Shown in pieces: positions 1 to 11,416 of a stretch of 64,000 nucleotides of DNA. The notes under the pieces are model-generated. The model did not search any database, was not told the DNA's origin, and saw nothing but the letters and a program-made list of their open reading frames with translations. This stretch comes from Nitrosopumilus sp. (GTDB lineage: Archaea; Thermoproteota; Nitrososphaeria; Nitrososphaerales; Nitrosopumilaceae): positions 864,001-928,000 of the forward strand of contig CBDBGZ010000009.1 in assembly GCA_965205425.1 (NCBI GenBank), in the 5' to 3' direction. Positions within the stretch are counted from its first letter, which is position 1, and every line of letters begins with the position of its first letter. A program made the position numbers and the translations under genes.

Positions 1-249
1 ATTTTTAAAGATGAAAAAAATAATTCCTCAAATCTTTTAAAAAGTTTATTTTATCAAGAAACTGTCAAACAAGGAATACTATTTGGTCCAGGAGCAGTAT
101 TATTTTCTTTTTCACATTCCATGAATGATATTAAAAAAACTTTAAAAATTTCCGAAAAAAGTCTTCGATTAGTCAAAAAAGCAATTGATAATAACACGGT
201 ATCGAAAATGTTAAAAGGAAACTCAATGAAACCTGTAATGACTTTTTAA
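1..249 (+). CDS. C-terminal fragment of a probable class III aminotransferase (runs off the window)
   Basis: Frame 1 open from the edge to TAA at 247-249 (...FYQETVKQGILFGPGAVLFSFSHSMNDIKKTL...), resembling the GSA-aminotransferase-like C-terminus; sugar-cluster context. Confidence 0.55.
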   Translation: MFKDEKNNSSNLLKSLFYQETVKQGILFGPGAVLFSFSHSMNDIKKTLKISEKSLRLVKKAIDNNTVSKMLKGNSMKPVMTF

Positions 250-256
250 AATTAAA

Positions 257-1291
257 ATGATTAAAAAAAAAAATCTAAATGGACTGGTAATTGGATGTGG
301 CTCAATAGGGGAGAGACATATTTACAATTTAAAAAAGCAAAAAATCAAAGAAATTGGAATTTTTGATGTTTATAAAAAAAGAACACTTCAATTATCAAAA
401 AAGTATAATGTAATTCCTTATGATAATATTGATAATGCTTTTTTATCAAAACCTGATTTTTGTTTTATTTGTACATACCCAAAATCACATCTAACTTTAC
501 TATCCAAATGTATTGAAAATAATATTCATGTATTTGTGGAAAAACCGATCAGTATTAATTCTAAAGGTGTGGCTACTTTATTAAAAAAAGCGGATAGAAA
601 AAAATTGAAAATATCTGTAGGTTATAATACTAGATTTGACATTGGAATGCAAAATATTAAAAAGAAATTATCTAAAAAAATAATTGATAACCCATTATCT
701 GTAATGAGCAATTTTGGAAATAATATTAGATTTTGGAGGAGTGATAATAGTTTCAAAGATCATTATATTCTAAAACCAGGTGGTGGAATTATACTTGATG
801 ACTCACATGAATATGATTTTGTTAGATGGCTATTAGCTGATGAAGTAAAATCCGTTTATTCTCAAACACAAAAAATGAAATCTTTAGATACTAAAACTGA
901 AAGTGTTGCAGCAATAATTTTGAAATTTAAAAAAGGTACTGTGGCAAGTTTAGTTTTAGATTATCTTCGACCCAATTATGAAAGAAAATTTCAAATAATT
1001 GGAGATGGTGGTGACATTACTTGGAATTTTAAACCATTACCTTCAAAAAAATCTCTTTTTAATTCATACGTAAATGTCTCTGTCACTTCTACATTGATAG
1101 GTAAAAAACAAAAAATAACTAATTTTAAACCAAAAATTAATGATATGTATGAAAAAGAAATTAGTGATTTTCTAAATGCTATTGTATATGATAAACAACC
1201 CCTGGTAAATGGATGGGAAGGATTAAAAACATTAATCATTGGTGAAGCAGCATTAAAATCTGCAAAAAATAATTGTGTAATACATTTTTAA
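257..1291 (+). CDS. Gfo/Idh/MocA family oxidoreductase
   Basis: GCGSIG Rossmann motif, VFVEKP, VGYNTRF, GGIILDDSHEYD. Confidence 0.9.
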   Translation: MIKKKNLNGLVIGCGSIGERHIYNLKKQKIKEIGIFDVYKKRTLQLSKKYNVIPYDNIDNAFLSKPDFCFICTYPKSHLTLLSKCIENNIHVFVEKPISINSKGVATLLKKADRKKLKISVGYNTRFDIGMQNIKKKLSKKIIDNPLSVMSNFGNNIRFWRSDNSFKDHYILKPGGGIILDDSHEYDFVRWLLADEVKSVYSQTQKMKSLDTKTESVAAIILKFKKGTVASLVLDYLRPNYERKFQIIGDGGDITWNFKPLPSKKSLFNSYVNVSVTSTLIGKKQKITNFKPKINDMYEKEISDFLNAIVYDKQPLVNGWEGLKTLIIGEAALKSAKNNCVIHF

Positions 1292-1292
1292 A

Positions 1293-2060
1293 TTATATTT
1301 TTGATCTTATATCTTTTTTTAATGATTTTAGATATCCTTCGTTTCTAATAATTCTATTATTAATTTTTAATAATTCAGGATTTTTATCTAATACTTTTAA
1401 AATATCTTTTAAAACAATATTTGTTTGTGGTGGAAATTTAGCAAAAATTTTTCTAATAAATTTTAAATCCTCTTTTTCATCTACTGTAAATCTATATTTT
1501 GAAAGATCTTTTCTATTTTCATAATTATATATCTTAAAATTATTTTTATTTTTTCTTATGAATGGTGTAACGTGTTCACGTTCTGATTTTAATTCTGCCT
1601 TTTCAAATGATTTTTTTAATGATTTAAAAGAAAAAATTTCAACATCCAATCCATCTGGAAAAGTAGGAGGTAAATTATTACAAATATAATCAAATTTATT
1701 TAATTTAAAAATTTTTAACATTTTATTTATAATCACATAATCAATTAGAGGACAATCTGCAGTTATTCTAATAATTGGATCCGCATTAAATTTTAATGAA
1801 CAATTATAATATCTGTCTAATACATCATTTGCTTTACCCTGAAAAATCTCAATATCACAATTATTTGCAATTTGAATTAATTTCTCATCTTCTTTCTTTT
1901 TTGTTGTAGCAAGTATAATTTGGTCTATCTCATTTACTTTTTTCAATCTGTTTATCACATACCAAATCATGGGTTTTTTTTCTATTGAAGCAAGAACTTT
2001 TTTTGGTAATCTATGTGAACCAGTTCGTGCCTGAATTATTATTGATGTTTTTTTAGGCAT
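1293..2060 (-). CDS. SpsF-like acylneuraminate cytidylyltransferase family protein
   Basis: IQARTGSHRLPKK, IRITADCPLID, REHVTPFI, RFTVDEKED. Confidence 0.88.
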   Translation of the reverse strand: MPKKTSIIIQARTGSHRLPKKVLASIEKKPMIWYVINRLKKVNEIDQIILATTKKKEDEKLIQIANNCDIEIFQGKANDVLDRYYNCSLKFNADPIIRITADCPLIDYVIINKMLKIFKLNKFDYICNNLPPTFPDGLDVEIFSFKSLKKSFEKAELKSEREHVTPFIRKNKNNFKIYNYENRKDLSKYRFTVDEKEDLKFIRKIFAKFPPQTNIVLKDILKVLDKNPELLKINNRIIRNEGYLKSLKKDIRSKI

Positions 2061-2177
2061 GTATCAATAGGTGGAAAATTCTCTCTAAAATGATTTTGTA
2101 CTTAGAAATAACAAATGTGATTTAAAACGTTAGAATTATAGTGAGAATTATTATTAATCTAATCAGTTTCAACTAGC

Positions 2178-3224
2178 ATGATGGATTTTGAAAAATTACA
2201 GAAAACAATAGTAATTGCTGAGGCAGGATCAAATTGGAAAGTTGGGAGCTATCAAGAGGATCTAAAGCAAGCAAAGAAGCTTATTGATGTAGCATTAAAA
2301 GCAGGTGCAAATGTTGTTAAATTTCAAACATTTCAAACTGATACTATTGTAGTACCTAATGCGGGAAAAATTGAATATCTTAAGAAAAAAGGAATTGATA
2401 AAACCATCAATGAAATTTTTGATGAACTCTCAATGCCATATGAAATGATTCCTGAATTGGCAAATTATTGTAAATCTAAAGAGATTGAATTTATGTCTAC
2501 TCCATTTTCTATTGCAGATGCAAAAGCAATTGATCCATATGTAAAAATTCATAAAATTGCTTCATTTGAAATTAATCATATAAGATTGCTTGAATTTCTT
2601 GCAAAAACAAAAAAACCTATTTTAATTTCAACTGGAGCTAGTAGTTATGATGAAATAGACTTTGCAGTAAATATACTTAAAGATAATGGAAATGATCAGA
2701 TTTGTATTTTACAATGTACTTCAAAATATCCTGCACCAATTGAATCACTAAATTTAAACACAATTTCAACTATGAGAAAAAAATATGATCTACCAACTGG
2801 TTTATCTGATCATAGTATGGAGCCTATACTTGCCCCAATTTGTGCAATTGGTTTAGGTGCTATTGTAATTGAAAAACATTTTACATTGGATAGAAATTTA
2901 CCCGGACCTGATCATAAACATGCATTAATTCCTGAGGAACTTGAATCTATGGTGAAATCAATAAGATTAGCTGAACAAGCAAAAGGAAATGAGAATAAAA
3001 CAATCTTAGATGTAGAACAAGAACTTCATGAAGCAGGTACACGTGCTATTCAAGCAGTTCAAAAGATTTCAAAAGATGAAATCTTACAGGAAGGAGTTAA
3101 TTTTGATCTATTACGACCAGGAATGCGAAAACGAGGACTTGAACCAAGGTTTCTTAGTAAAGTTCAAGGAAAAAAGTCTTCAAAAGATGTTGATGCTGGA
3201 GATGGCATTTTAGAAATTGAATAG
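2178..3224 (+). CDS. NeuB/SpsE/PseI family nonulosonic acid synthase
   Basis: IAEAGSN, VKFQTF, KIASFE, GLSDHS, IEKHFTLD, C-terminal SAF domain. Confidence 0.92.
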   Translation: MMDFEKLQKTIVIAEAGSNWKVGSYQEDLKQAKKLIDVALKAGANVVKFQTFQTDTIVVPNAGKIEYLKKKGIDKTINEIFDELSMPYEMIPELANYCKSKEIEFMSTPFSIADAKAIDPYVKIHKIASFEINHIRLLEFLAKTKKPILISTGASSYDEIDFAVNILKDNGNDQICILQCTSKYPAPIESLNLNTISTMRKKYDLPTGLSDHSMEPILAPICAIGLGAIVIEKHFTLDRNLPGPDHKHALIPEELESMVKSIRLAEQAKGNENKTILDVEQELHEAGTRAIQAVQKISKDEILQEGVNFDLLRPGMRKRGLEPRFLSKVQGKKSSKDVDAGDGILEIE

Positions 3225-3225
3225 A

Positions 3226-4323
3226 TTACTCTGTTAGAGAGTTTACCATTTTAATTACAAATGATTGTTCATTTTCTGATAGATTTGGATGAATAGGTAT
3301 TGATACAATTCTTTCACTTGCTTTAACAGTGTTTTTTAAAATTTGATTATTTTTATAATATTTCATTTTGTGAATTGGATTATAATGAATTCCAGTTTCT
3401 ATTCCTTTTTCTAACATTTTTTTCATGAATTTGTCTCTATTTTTTACTTGGATCCAAAATAAATGATAAACACATCCATCGTTTAATGGAATTTTATTCT
3501 CTATTTTTATTTCATCTGAATATCTCTTTGCAATTTTTTTCCTTTTAGAATTCATAACATCAAGTTTTTTCAATTGCTCTAAGCCAATAGCTGCTGAAAA
3601 TTCATTCATGTAAAAATTCCAACCTAGTCTGCTAACATCATAATTAAAACCTGTTCTATTAGAAATTCCACACCATCTAAGTGATTCTAAAATTTTCCTT
3701 TGGCTTTTATTTTTTTTAGAATTTGAAGTGATTGCACCTCCTGTAGGCATTGATAAATTTTTTACAGGATGAAAACTAAAGCAGACATGATCACCGTGAC
3801 TTCCAACTCTCTTTCCTTTGTAATATGCTCCTGCAGCATGTGCTGCATCTTCAATTAATAATAATTTATTTTTTCTACAAATTTTCATCAAGTAATCTAA
3901 ATTACATGGCATTCCTGCAAAATGAACTGGCAACACTGCAATTGTTTTTTTATTAATTTTTTTTTCTACTTCTATAGGATCAAGACAAAGTGTTTTAGGA
4001 TCAATATCTGCAAAAACTGGTTTCCCTCCATTGTATTTTATTGCATGAGCTGTCGAGACAAATGATAATGATGGAAGAATAACCTCTTTACCTTTTAAAT
4101 CATATAATGATAACGCTAGATGGAGGGCAGCAGTACCACTATTTACAGTAACACAATTTTTAGATCCTATAAAATTATTGAATTTATGCTCAAATTTTGA
4201 TACATTTTGACCACCGGCCCCTGAAGCCCAATTATGGCTTTGAAGTGTTTTTAAAAGCTCTTTCTCTTCGTTTCTATCTATTGTTGGATCAAATAATTTT
4301 ATTTTCTTCATATTTTGTATCAA
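3226..4323 (-). CDS. DegT/DnrJ/EryC1/StrS sugar aminotransferase
   Basis: NSGTAALH, PVHFAG, IEDAAHA, FSFHPVKN. Confidence 0.92.
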   Translation of the reverse strand: MIQNMKKIKLFDPTIDRNEEKELLKTLQSHNWASGAGGQNVSKFEHKFNNFIGSKNCVTVNSGTAALHLALSLYDLKGKEVILPSLSFVSTAHAIKYNGGKPVFADIDPKTLCLDPIEVEKKINKKTIAVLPVHFAGMPCNLDYLMKICRKNKLLLIEDAAHAAGAYYKGKRVGSHGDHVCFSFHPVKNLSMPTGGAITSNSKKNKSQRKILESLRWCGISNRTGFNYDVSRLGWNFYMNEFSAAIGLEQLKKLDVMNSKRKKIAKRYSDEIKIENKIPLNDGCVYHLFWIQVKNRDKFMKKMLEKGIETGIHYNPIHKMKYYKNNQILKNTVKASERIVSIPIHPNLSENEQSFVIKMVNSLTE

Positions 4324-4407
4324 AATTATATTTTTGTGCTATTTATTAGATCTAAACAATAATTTATCATCCATTCATATCAAACTCTATGATACATCAA
4401 AAAATAC

Positions 4408-5436
4408 TGTTGTATCCCAAAATCAGTTCGTCCCTTATTTGACATCGTATTCTTCTCCTGTCTGCTCATCAATAACTCTTGTTCCCTTCTCTGGCATCTT
4501 TCTTGCATATGCCTTTGCAGGGGTCTCAAGATTATCCCAGTCAAGTGACATGTGTGGCTTTATGTGGTTGTACCAGTGGACCAGCTCATCAATGGTGCCA
4601 AACCATTTCTGCTTTCTCTGAATCTCGCCGTGAAATCTTTCTAACTTTCCATTTGTCTGTGGATGATTCACTCTTGCCATGATGTGTTTTATTCCAAGTC
4701 TAACCAGTTCTTGCTCAAACTGTGATGCTCCTTTTCTCTTGTATTCTGATTGGTTTGCATAAAACTGGGAGCCATGATCAGTTAGAATTGATGCAGGCCT
4801 ACCGTGCTTTGCAATTGCCTCATGTAATACCACAAGTGCGTTATCTGTTGTTGCCTCTGCAAACACTCCATGAGAAACGATAAACCTTGATGCGTCATCC
4901 TGGTAGCATAAGAACCATCTGCCATCATCTAGCTTCTTCCAGTCAGTATGCCACATGGAGTTTGAATATGTCCTTTCATATCGAACCCACTTTCGTCTTC
5001 TCCTCTTCTTTGGCTGAGCTTCTGCCAACCCTTCATCTCTCATAATTTTATGTATGGTATTGTGAGGTATGTGTGTTCCAGTAGTATCAATTATTTTCTC
5101 CAAGAATACTGCAGAACACCTGAACTTTTCAAATGTAGACTGGACAGTCTGCACCATCTGCTCTGTGATTATTCCCTTTGGCCTTCCAGACTTGCCTAGG
5201 ATTGGAACTGCACCAGTACGGCGATACCGTGAGTAGAGTTTCTGCATCCACCCAACAGATATCTTCATGGATGAGGCAACGTCTGCGTTCTTGGCACCGT
5301 CCTCTTTTGACTTGATTATCCAGGATATCTGGATTGGATCTAACTTTTGCATAATCTTGTGATTCTTTCCTCTTTTCCAAACGTATCTTGACTTTAGTCT
5401 GGAAATAATGGGATGAACTAATTTGAGGATAATAGA
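4408..5436 (-). mobile_element. IS481-family insertion sequence, copy 1 (1029 bp)
   Basis: Imperfect 27-bp terminal IRs (TGTTGTATCCCAAAATCAGTTCGTCCC / TCTATTATCCTCAAATTAGTTCATCCC); 15-bp TSD TACATCAAAAAATAC at 4393-4407 and 5437-5451; near-identical copy at 21514-22542. Confidence 0.9.
4435..5351 (-). CDS. IS481-family DDE transposase (start inside the IS, probably MQKLD)
   Basis: HTH plus WHTDWK, LTDHGSQF, PQTNGKLERFHG integrase core; the 5478 start in the ORF track lies outside the IR. Confidence 0.85.
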
Positions 5437-5466
5437 TACATCAAAAAATACTGTAATATTAATAAA

Positions 5467-6376
5467 GGTGATTATCAATTATTCACCACCAACACATAAT
5501 CTAACAATAATGAGAAAGTATCTTCCATCTCTGTTGTTGTATCTCCACTCCATCTCTTTGATGTATAACAAGAATTTATCTGGACTTACTCCGTGATGCT
5601 TTGCCATGTTCTCTTTTGCAAAACTCCAAAACCCTTCGATTCCATTTATGTACACGTCACCTTTGCCAAACATCTTGCTGTGGTCTATTGAGAGATGTTT
5701 GTAGGCGTTGAAAACTAGCGAATCATATCCTCTCCTCTTGTCCGTATACACAATGCTTCCTTTCTTTACTTTCTTGATTGTTCCTGCAAGCAATGTCTTT
5801 GCCTTGACATTGTTTACAATCTCAACGTGAACTTTTCCCTTTCTTTCCAGTATGCCAAATACGATGGTCTTGTTCTTGGCACCTCTGCCACGATTTCCCT
5901 TTCTTTTTCCTCCAAAATAGTCGCCTCGTCAGCCTCAATTTTCCCTTTTAGTTTCTTGTCTGATTCTGCTAGATGATACAGTATGGCATATCTGATGCAA
6001 TCAAAAGCATTTAGTGCAAGTTGGATAACTGACATCTGCTTCTCTAGCTGCATGTCTTGCACTAATCCCAAGATCAAATAGTTTGACTAGGGCCAACCAT
6101 TTTGTAAAATTAATGTTGATGATATCAAACCATGTTCCAGCAAACGGTCTATAATCTGTCTTGCAATCTTTGCATCTTAGTTTCCCTCTTGAAATAATAT
6201 AGTAATTCTCAGAGTTACATGATGAACAATGAATTGTGTTTTTCTTTTTGAATTGGTTGCAGAGAAATTCCAATGCAGTTGATTTGTTGTGAATTATTTT
6301 AGATAACTCAATTATGTTGATTGTTTTTTCCAATAATTACTCAAAAATAGTTGGTGGTAATAGGTTTACAATCACC
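5467..6376 (-). mobile_element. Degenerate IS1595-family element with frameshifted transposase (ORF pieces 6001-6333, 5814-6077, 5479-5793)
   Basis: Zn ribbon CSSC..CKDC, EADE, VYTD, INGIEGFWS, EMEWRYNNR split over frames; short IRs GGTGATTATCAA / GGTGATTGTAAA; no TSD seen. Confidence 0.8.
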
Positions 6377-6397
6377 TAAAATTAAATTTTCAACCTC

Positions 6398-6730
6398 ATG
6401 AACGGAATAATTTCATTTGGAAACAAAAGAAATTATGAAGACTTTAAAAAACAGATTCCTGTTCCTGTATTACCATTATTTGATTCAATTAGAGAATTTT
6501 GCTTCTAATTAGGAGACAAAGTGATAGAAGATGTTAGAATGCATAGAGTGGTTTTTTGTAAATCAATTACATTCAGATGGTTTGCAGACGTAGAACCTGA
6601 GAGAGAAGGAGTAATTATAAAAATTCAAAAAAGTAGAAAGGATCCCGTTCAAATTATTCAGATTAAAAAAGATCAAGAAATTTCAGAATTTGCTCAAATC
6701 ATAAAAACCGCATTTGAGGAAATTCACTAG
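6398..6730 (+). pseudogene. Hypothetical protein with an in-frame stop
   Basis: ATG at 6398 (MNGIISFGNKRNYEDF...) is in frame with ORF 6521-6730 but broken by TAA at 6506-6508; the IS1595 end lies about 20 bp upstream. Confidence 0.65.
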
Positions 6731-7005
6731 TATAGCACATCAAATTTTGCAAATTCCCCAGTGAATTTTTCGTTACGTATTTCTACATCTTCTACCCTAG
6801 CATTGGCAGGACCACCATGAGCCCATTCAATTAGCCTACTAATTTTTTCTTCATCTCCTTCTAAAACAGCTTCAACTCTACCATCATTGAGATTTTTTAC
6901 CCAACCAAAAATATCATTTTTCTTTGCCACAACTTTTAGGGATTGGCGAAAAAAAACACCTTGTACCTTACCTGTAACAAAAAGTCTAATACGATAATTT
7001 GACAC
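6727..7005 (-). CDS. acyP: Acylphosphatase
   Basis: VTGKVQGVFFR, GWVKNLNDGRVE, GPANARVEDV. Confidence 0.93.
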   Translation of the reverse strand: MSNYRIRLFVTGKVQGVFFRQSLKVVAKKNDIFGWVKNLNDGRVEAVLEGDEEKISRLIEWAHGGPANARVEDVEIRNEKFTGEFAKFDVLY

Positions 7006-7055
7006 TACAACAATATTTCACGGAGCTATTAATCAATTTTAGGTTAAAGATGAAA

Positions 7056-7790
7056 CTACTTTCTTTCTTTAATTCTAGCTCTACCAGTTTTTCTTGCAGC
7101 AATGCTACCTACCTTTGCACCAGGAGGAGCATCTCTTGAAACGGTGGAACTCTGTCCAACGTGTTGATGACGACCACCACCGTGTGGATGTACATATGCT
7201 GCTTGAGCAACACCTCTTACAATTGGATATTTCTTTCCTTTAGCTTTAAAACTACGCCATTTGTTACCTGCACTCATAAAATGTCGTTCACTAGCACCAC
7301 CACCAGCAAGAGTGCCAATCATGGCTCTATTTTTTGGATTAAGAGTTGCAAATTTACCAGAAGGAAGTTTAACAGTTACACCATCATCACCATGAGAAAA
7401 AATAGTTGCGTCAGTTCCTGCTGATTTAACAATAGCACCACCATCGCCAAAATGCTTTTCAATATTACATACAATTGTACCATCAGGAATGTTTTGAACA
7501 CTGATGACATTTCCTTTTTCAATGGTTGATTTTAATCCAAATTGTAAAGTTGTACCTACCGAAGTTCCAAGAACTGCGGGTACAAATGAAACAGAACCAT
7601 CTTCAAATCTAATTTTAGATAATGGTGCTTCTCTACCACGCTCGTGTACAAGATCTATAATTTCGCCGGTATGTTGCTCTGATAGTGGAAAACGCGGATA
7701 ATTGGCTTTTTTACCTACTTTGCCAGTAGATGTAGATCTAAACTGATTACCTCCACGGCCTCGTCTTCGAACTAATGGTCTCTTACCCAA
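7056..7790 (-). CDS. rpl2: 50S ribosomal protein L2
   Basis: GKRPLVRRRGRG, VRGVAQAAYVHPHGGG, PPGAKVGSIAARKTG; TTG start at 7790 inferred. Confidence 0.97.
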   Translation of the reverse strand: MGKRPLVRRRGRGGNQFRSTSTGKVGKKANYPRFPLSEQHTGEIIDLVHERGREAPLSKIRFEDGSVSFVPAVLGTSVGTTLQFGLKSTIEKGNVISVQNIPDGTIVCNIEKHFGDGGAIVKSAGTDATIFSHGDDGVTVKLPSGKFATLNPKNRAMIGTLAGGGASERHFMSAGNKWRSFKAKGKKYPIVRGVAQAAYVHPHGGGRHQHVGQSSTVSRDAPPGAKVGSIAARKTGRARIKERK

Positions 7791-7880
7791 GTTGATCGTT
7801 TCCAGCAAAAAGAGAATTTTAAGCTTGTGGTATTCGTACTGTAAGTTATGGAAATTACCACAAAGGTATAAAAATTAGAA

Positions 7881-10082
7881 TTGAGGCCAATGAGTATGAG
7901 TCAAAATGCTCTTTCTCTCAAAGTTCTTGAAGCATACACAAGAGATGTAGGAAGAGGGGTAGCTAGAATTGATTATGATTCTATGGATACACTAAATGCC
8001 TCTACAGGTGACGTTATTGAAATTAAAGGGAAAAGAAGAACAGTAGCTAAATGTCTTCCTCTCTATCCTTCAGATGAAGGAAAGGGGATAATCAGAATTG
8101 ACGGACTAGGACGGAATAATTCGGGAATTGCAATAGGGGATACAATTTCAGTTAGAAAAATAAAAGCAGTAGCTGCAGAAAAAGTTGTAGTTGCTCCATT
8201 AGAAGCAATTCCACCAATTGATGAGAGATATCTTGCAGACGCTTTAGAAAGCGTTCCTTTGATTAAAGGTGATAATGTAATGGTTCCATACTTTGGTGGA
8301 CGTTTAACTTTTCAAGTTATTGGAGTAAATCCAGCAGCTGATGCTGTTTTAGTTACTCAAAAAACTGTTTTCCACATTGCAGAAAAAGGAGAAACACTAC
8401 GTGGAGTTCCACAAGTAACCTATGAAGACATTGGTGGAATTTCAAATGAGATTAAAAAAGTTAGAGAAATGATTGAACTTCCATTAAGACATCCAGAAAT
8501 TTTTGAAAAATTAGGAATTGAAGCTCCAAAAGGCGTCTTATTGTATGGTCCACCAGGTACTGGTAAAACTCTACTTGCAAAAGCAGTTGCAAATGAAAGT
8601 AATGCACATTTCATTAGTATTTCTGGACCAGAAATTATGAGTAAATTCTACGGCGAAAGTGAAGCAAGACTAAGAGAAATTTTCAAAGAGGCAAGAGAAA
8701 AAGCTCCATCAATTATCTTTGTAGATGAAATAGATTCTATTGCACCAAAAAGAGAGGAAGTTACTGGAGAAGTTGAAAGAAGAGTTGTTTCTCAAATGTT
8801 ATCATTAATGGATGGATTGGAGGCAAGAGGTAAAGTAATTGTTATTTCTGCAACAAACAGACCAAATGCAATAGATCCAGCACTTAGACGACCAGGAAGA
8901 TTTGATAGAGAAATCGAGATTAAAGTTCCAGATAAAAAAGGAAGAAAAGACATTCTTGCAATTCACAGTAGAAACATGCCATTAGGCGAAGATGTTAATC
9001 TAGATAAAATTTCATCAGTTAGTCACGGATATGTCGGTGCAGATTTAGAATATCTTTGTAAAGAAGCAGCAATGAAATGTTTGAGAAGATTATTACCAGT
9101 TTTGAATTTAGAAGAAGAAAAACTTCCTCCAGAAACTTTGGATAAATTGATTGTAAACCATGAAGATTTCCAGAAAGCACTCATTGAAGTAACCCCATCA
9201 GGAATGCGAGAAGTTTTCATTGAAAACCCAGATGTAAAATGGGATGACGTTGGTGGATTAGAAGATGTTAAACGAGAATTACAAGAAGCAGTAGAATGGC
9301 CAATGAAATATCCTGGTCTATATGATAAACTAGGACACAATATGCCAAGAGGGATATTATTACATGGTCCAAGTGGTACTGGTAAAACTCTACTTGCAAA
9401 AGCAGTTGCAACTCAAAGTGAAGCAAACTTTGTTTCAGTTAGAGGCCCCGAATTATTGTCTAAATGGGTAGGAGAATCAGAGAGAGGAATTAGAGAAATT
9501 TTCAAACGTGCACGTCAATCTGCACCATGTGTTGTATTCTTTGATGAAATAGATTCTATTGCACCAATTAGAGGAGCTGGTGGAGAAACAGCAGTTACTG
9601 AAAGAGTTGTTAGTCAATTATTGACAGAATTAGACGGTATGGAAAACATGCACGGAGTCATAGTTTTAGCAGCAACCAACAGAGCAGATATGATTGATCC
9701 TGCATTATTAAGACCAGGAAGATTTGATAAAATTATTCAGATTCCACTTCCAGACAAGGAAAGTAGAAAGAGTATATTGAAAATTAATGCCGAGAAAATT
9801 CCAACTATTAGTGAGGAAAGTGATCCTAATCATGTTGATTTCGAGAAACTTTCAGAATTAACAGATGGATTAAGTGGCGCAGATACTGCATCTATTGCAA
9901 ATACTGCAGTATCTCTAGTAATTCATGAATTCTTAGATAAAAATCCAGATGTAAAAGATATTGAGAAAAAGGATGTGGATGCTAAAGTAACTATGAAACA
10001 CTTTGAGGAAGCAGTAAAGAAAGTTAGAGAACAAAAAGACCTCAAGATGGGTGAAAAATTAATAGCTTCCTATTACAGGTAG
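7881..10082 (+). CDS. cdc48: CDC48/VCP family AAA ATPase
   Basis: N-domain plus two AAA modules ([30 protein letters not shown]). Confidence 0.97.
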   Translation: MRPMSMSQNALSLKVLEAYTRDVGRGVARIDYDSMDTLNASTGDVIEIKGKRRTVAKCLPLYPSDEGKGIIRIDGLGRNNSGIAIGDTISVRKIKAVAAEKVVVAPLEAIPPIDERYLADALESVPLIKGDNVMVPYFGGRLTFQVIGVNPAADAVLVTQKTVFHIAEKGETLRGVPQVTYEDIGGISNEIKKVREMIELPLRHPEIFEKLGIEAPKGVLLYGPPGTGKTLLAKAVANESNAHFISISGPEIMSKFYGESEARLREIFKEAREKAPSIIFVDEIDSIAPKREEVTGEVERRVVSQMLSLMDGLEARGKVIVISATNRPNAIDPALRRPGRFDREIEIKVPDKKGRKDILAIHSRNMPLGEDVNLDKISSVSHGYVGADLEYLCKEAAMKCLRRLLPVLNLEEEKLPPETLDKLIVNHEDFQKALIEVTPSGMREVFIENPDVKWDDVGGLEDVKRELQEAVEWPMKYPGLYDKLGHNMPRGILLHGPSGTGKTLLAKAVATQSEANFVSVRGPELLSKWVGESERGIREIFKRARQSAPCVVFFDEIDSIAPIRGAGGETAVTERVVSQLLTELDGMENMHGVIVLAATNRADMIDPALLRPGRFDKIIQIPLPDKESRKSILKINAEKIPTISEESDPNHVDFEKLSELTDGLSGADTASIANTAVSLVIHEFLDKNPDVKDIEKKDVDAKVTMKHFEEAVKKVREQKDLKMGEKLIASYYR

Positions 10083-10114
10083 TTTTAATTAAATAACAAA
10101 TCTAATCCTCATAA

Positions 10115-11404
10115 ATGTCAAAATATATAGGATATGATGGAAATTCTTTGGAATTTCTAAAAACAAATGATATTTCAGTTGGAGATTCTGTAAAAATTTT
10201 AGCTGGTATTACTTATTCAGGAATTATTATGCCAAGATATGAACATAGTGATAACAAACATATCGTTTTAAAATTAAAAAGTGGATACAATATTGGTTTA
10301 GAAATTTCTAAGATTGAAAATGTGGAGAAAAATCCATCTATAGAAAATATTATTGAGAAAAATGAAAATATAGAAAAAAATGAACAGTTACCAAATATTT
10401 TATTATTATCAACTGGAGGCACAATCGCTAGTAAAATTGATTATAGAACAGGTGCTGTTACACCAGTATTAACTGCTGAAGAATTAAATTCTTCTGTTCC
10501 CGAGCTTGCTAAAATTGCAAACATAGATGCAAAAGTTCTGTTTTCTGAATATTCAGAAAATATTATGCCTGAACATTGGTTAAAAATTGCTGAAGAAATT
10601 AATCAATATTCTAAATCAGACTATTCAGGAATTATTATTGCTCATGGTACAGATACCATGCATTACACATCATCGTATCTTTCTTTTTCATTGGCAGGAT
10701 TCCCAATCCCAATAGTGTTAGTCGGTTCACAAAGATCTTCAGATCGTGCATCATCAGATGCAGCACTAAATCTAATTGGAGCTACAAAATTTTTAACTGA
10801 ATGTAAAACAAATGGCATCTACATAGCAATGCACCAAGATGAAAATGATGAAACAATTGCATGTCATATAGGTACTAGAGTAAGAAAAAATCATACAAGT
10901 AAAAGAGGAGCATTTCAAACAGTTGGGGATGATCCTGCATTTTTAATTGTAAATAATGAAATTCACAATAATATGAAAACAGATTTTTTTACAGACAAAA
11001 AATTTGAACCTAAAATAAAAATAAATGAAAAAGTTGTATTGATAAAATATCATCCAGGATATGATCCATCTTTGTTAAAACATATCATAGACTCAAACTA
11101 TAAAGCAATAATTTTTGAAGGAACTGGGCTTGGACATATTGGAGAAAACATGTATTCAATGGTAAAAATGGCAAAGGAGAAAGGCATCTTTATGGGAATG
11201 ACTTCTCAATGTATAGACGGTAGAGTGAGAATGACAGTTTATGAAAGTGGTAGAGATTTACTTGATTTAGGCATAATTCCTCTAGAAAACATGATACCTG
11301 AGATTGCATTAGTGAAAGCAATGTGGATTACTGGGAATACTGAAAATCTTGATGAAATTAAAAAAAATATGTTAAATAGAATTGCATGTGAATTTTCAAA
11401 ATAA
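10115..11404 (+). CDS. gatD: Glu-tRNA(Gln) amidotransferase subunit D
   Basis: LKLKSGYNIG, STGGTIAS, HGTDTM, GSQRSSDR; adjacent to gatE. Confidence 0.96.
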   Translation: MSKYIGYDGNSLEFLKTNDISVGDSVKILAGITYSGIIMPRYEHSDNKHIVLKLKSGYNIGLEISKIENVEKNPSIENIIEKNENIEKNEQLPNILLLSTGGTIASKIDYRTGAVTPVLTAEELNSSVPELAKIANIDAKVLFSEYSENIMPEHWLKIAEEINQYSKSDYSGIIIAHGTDTMHYTSSYLSFSLAGFPIPIVLVGSQRSSDRASSDAALNLIGATKFLTECKTNGIYIAMHQDENDETIACHIGTRVRKNHTSKRGAFQTVGDDPAFLIVNNEIHNNMKTDFFTDKKFEPKIKINEKVVLIKYHPGYDPSLLKHIIDSNYKAIIFEGTGLGHIGENMYSMVKMAKEKGIFMGMTSQCIDGRVRMTVYESGRDLLDLGIIPLENMIPEIALVKAMWITGNTENLDEIKKNMLNRIACEFSK

Positions 11405-11416
11405 ACAGGAATCAAT

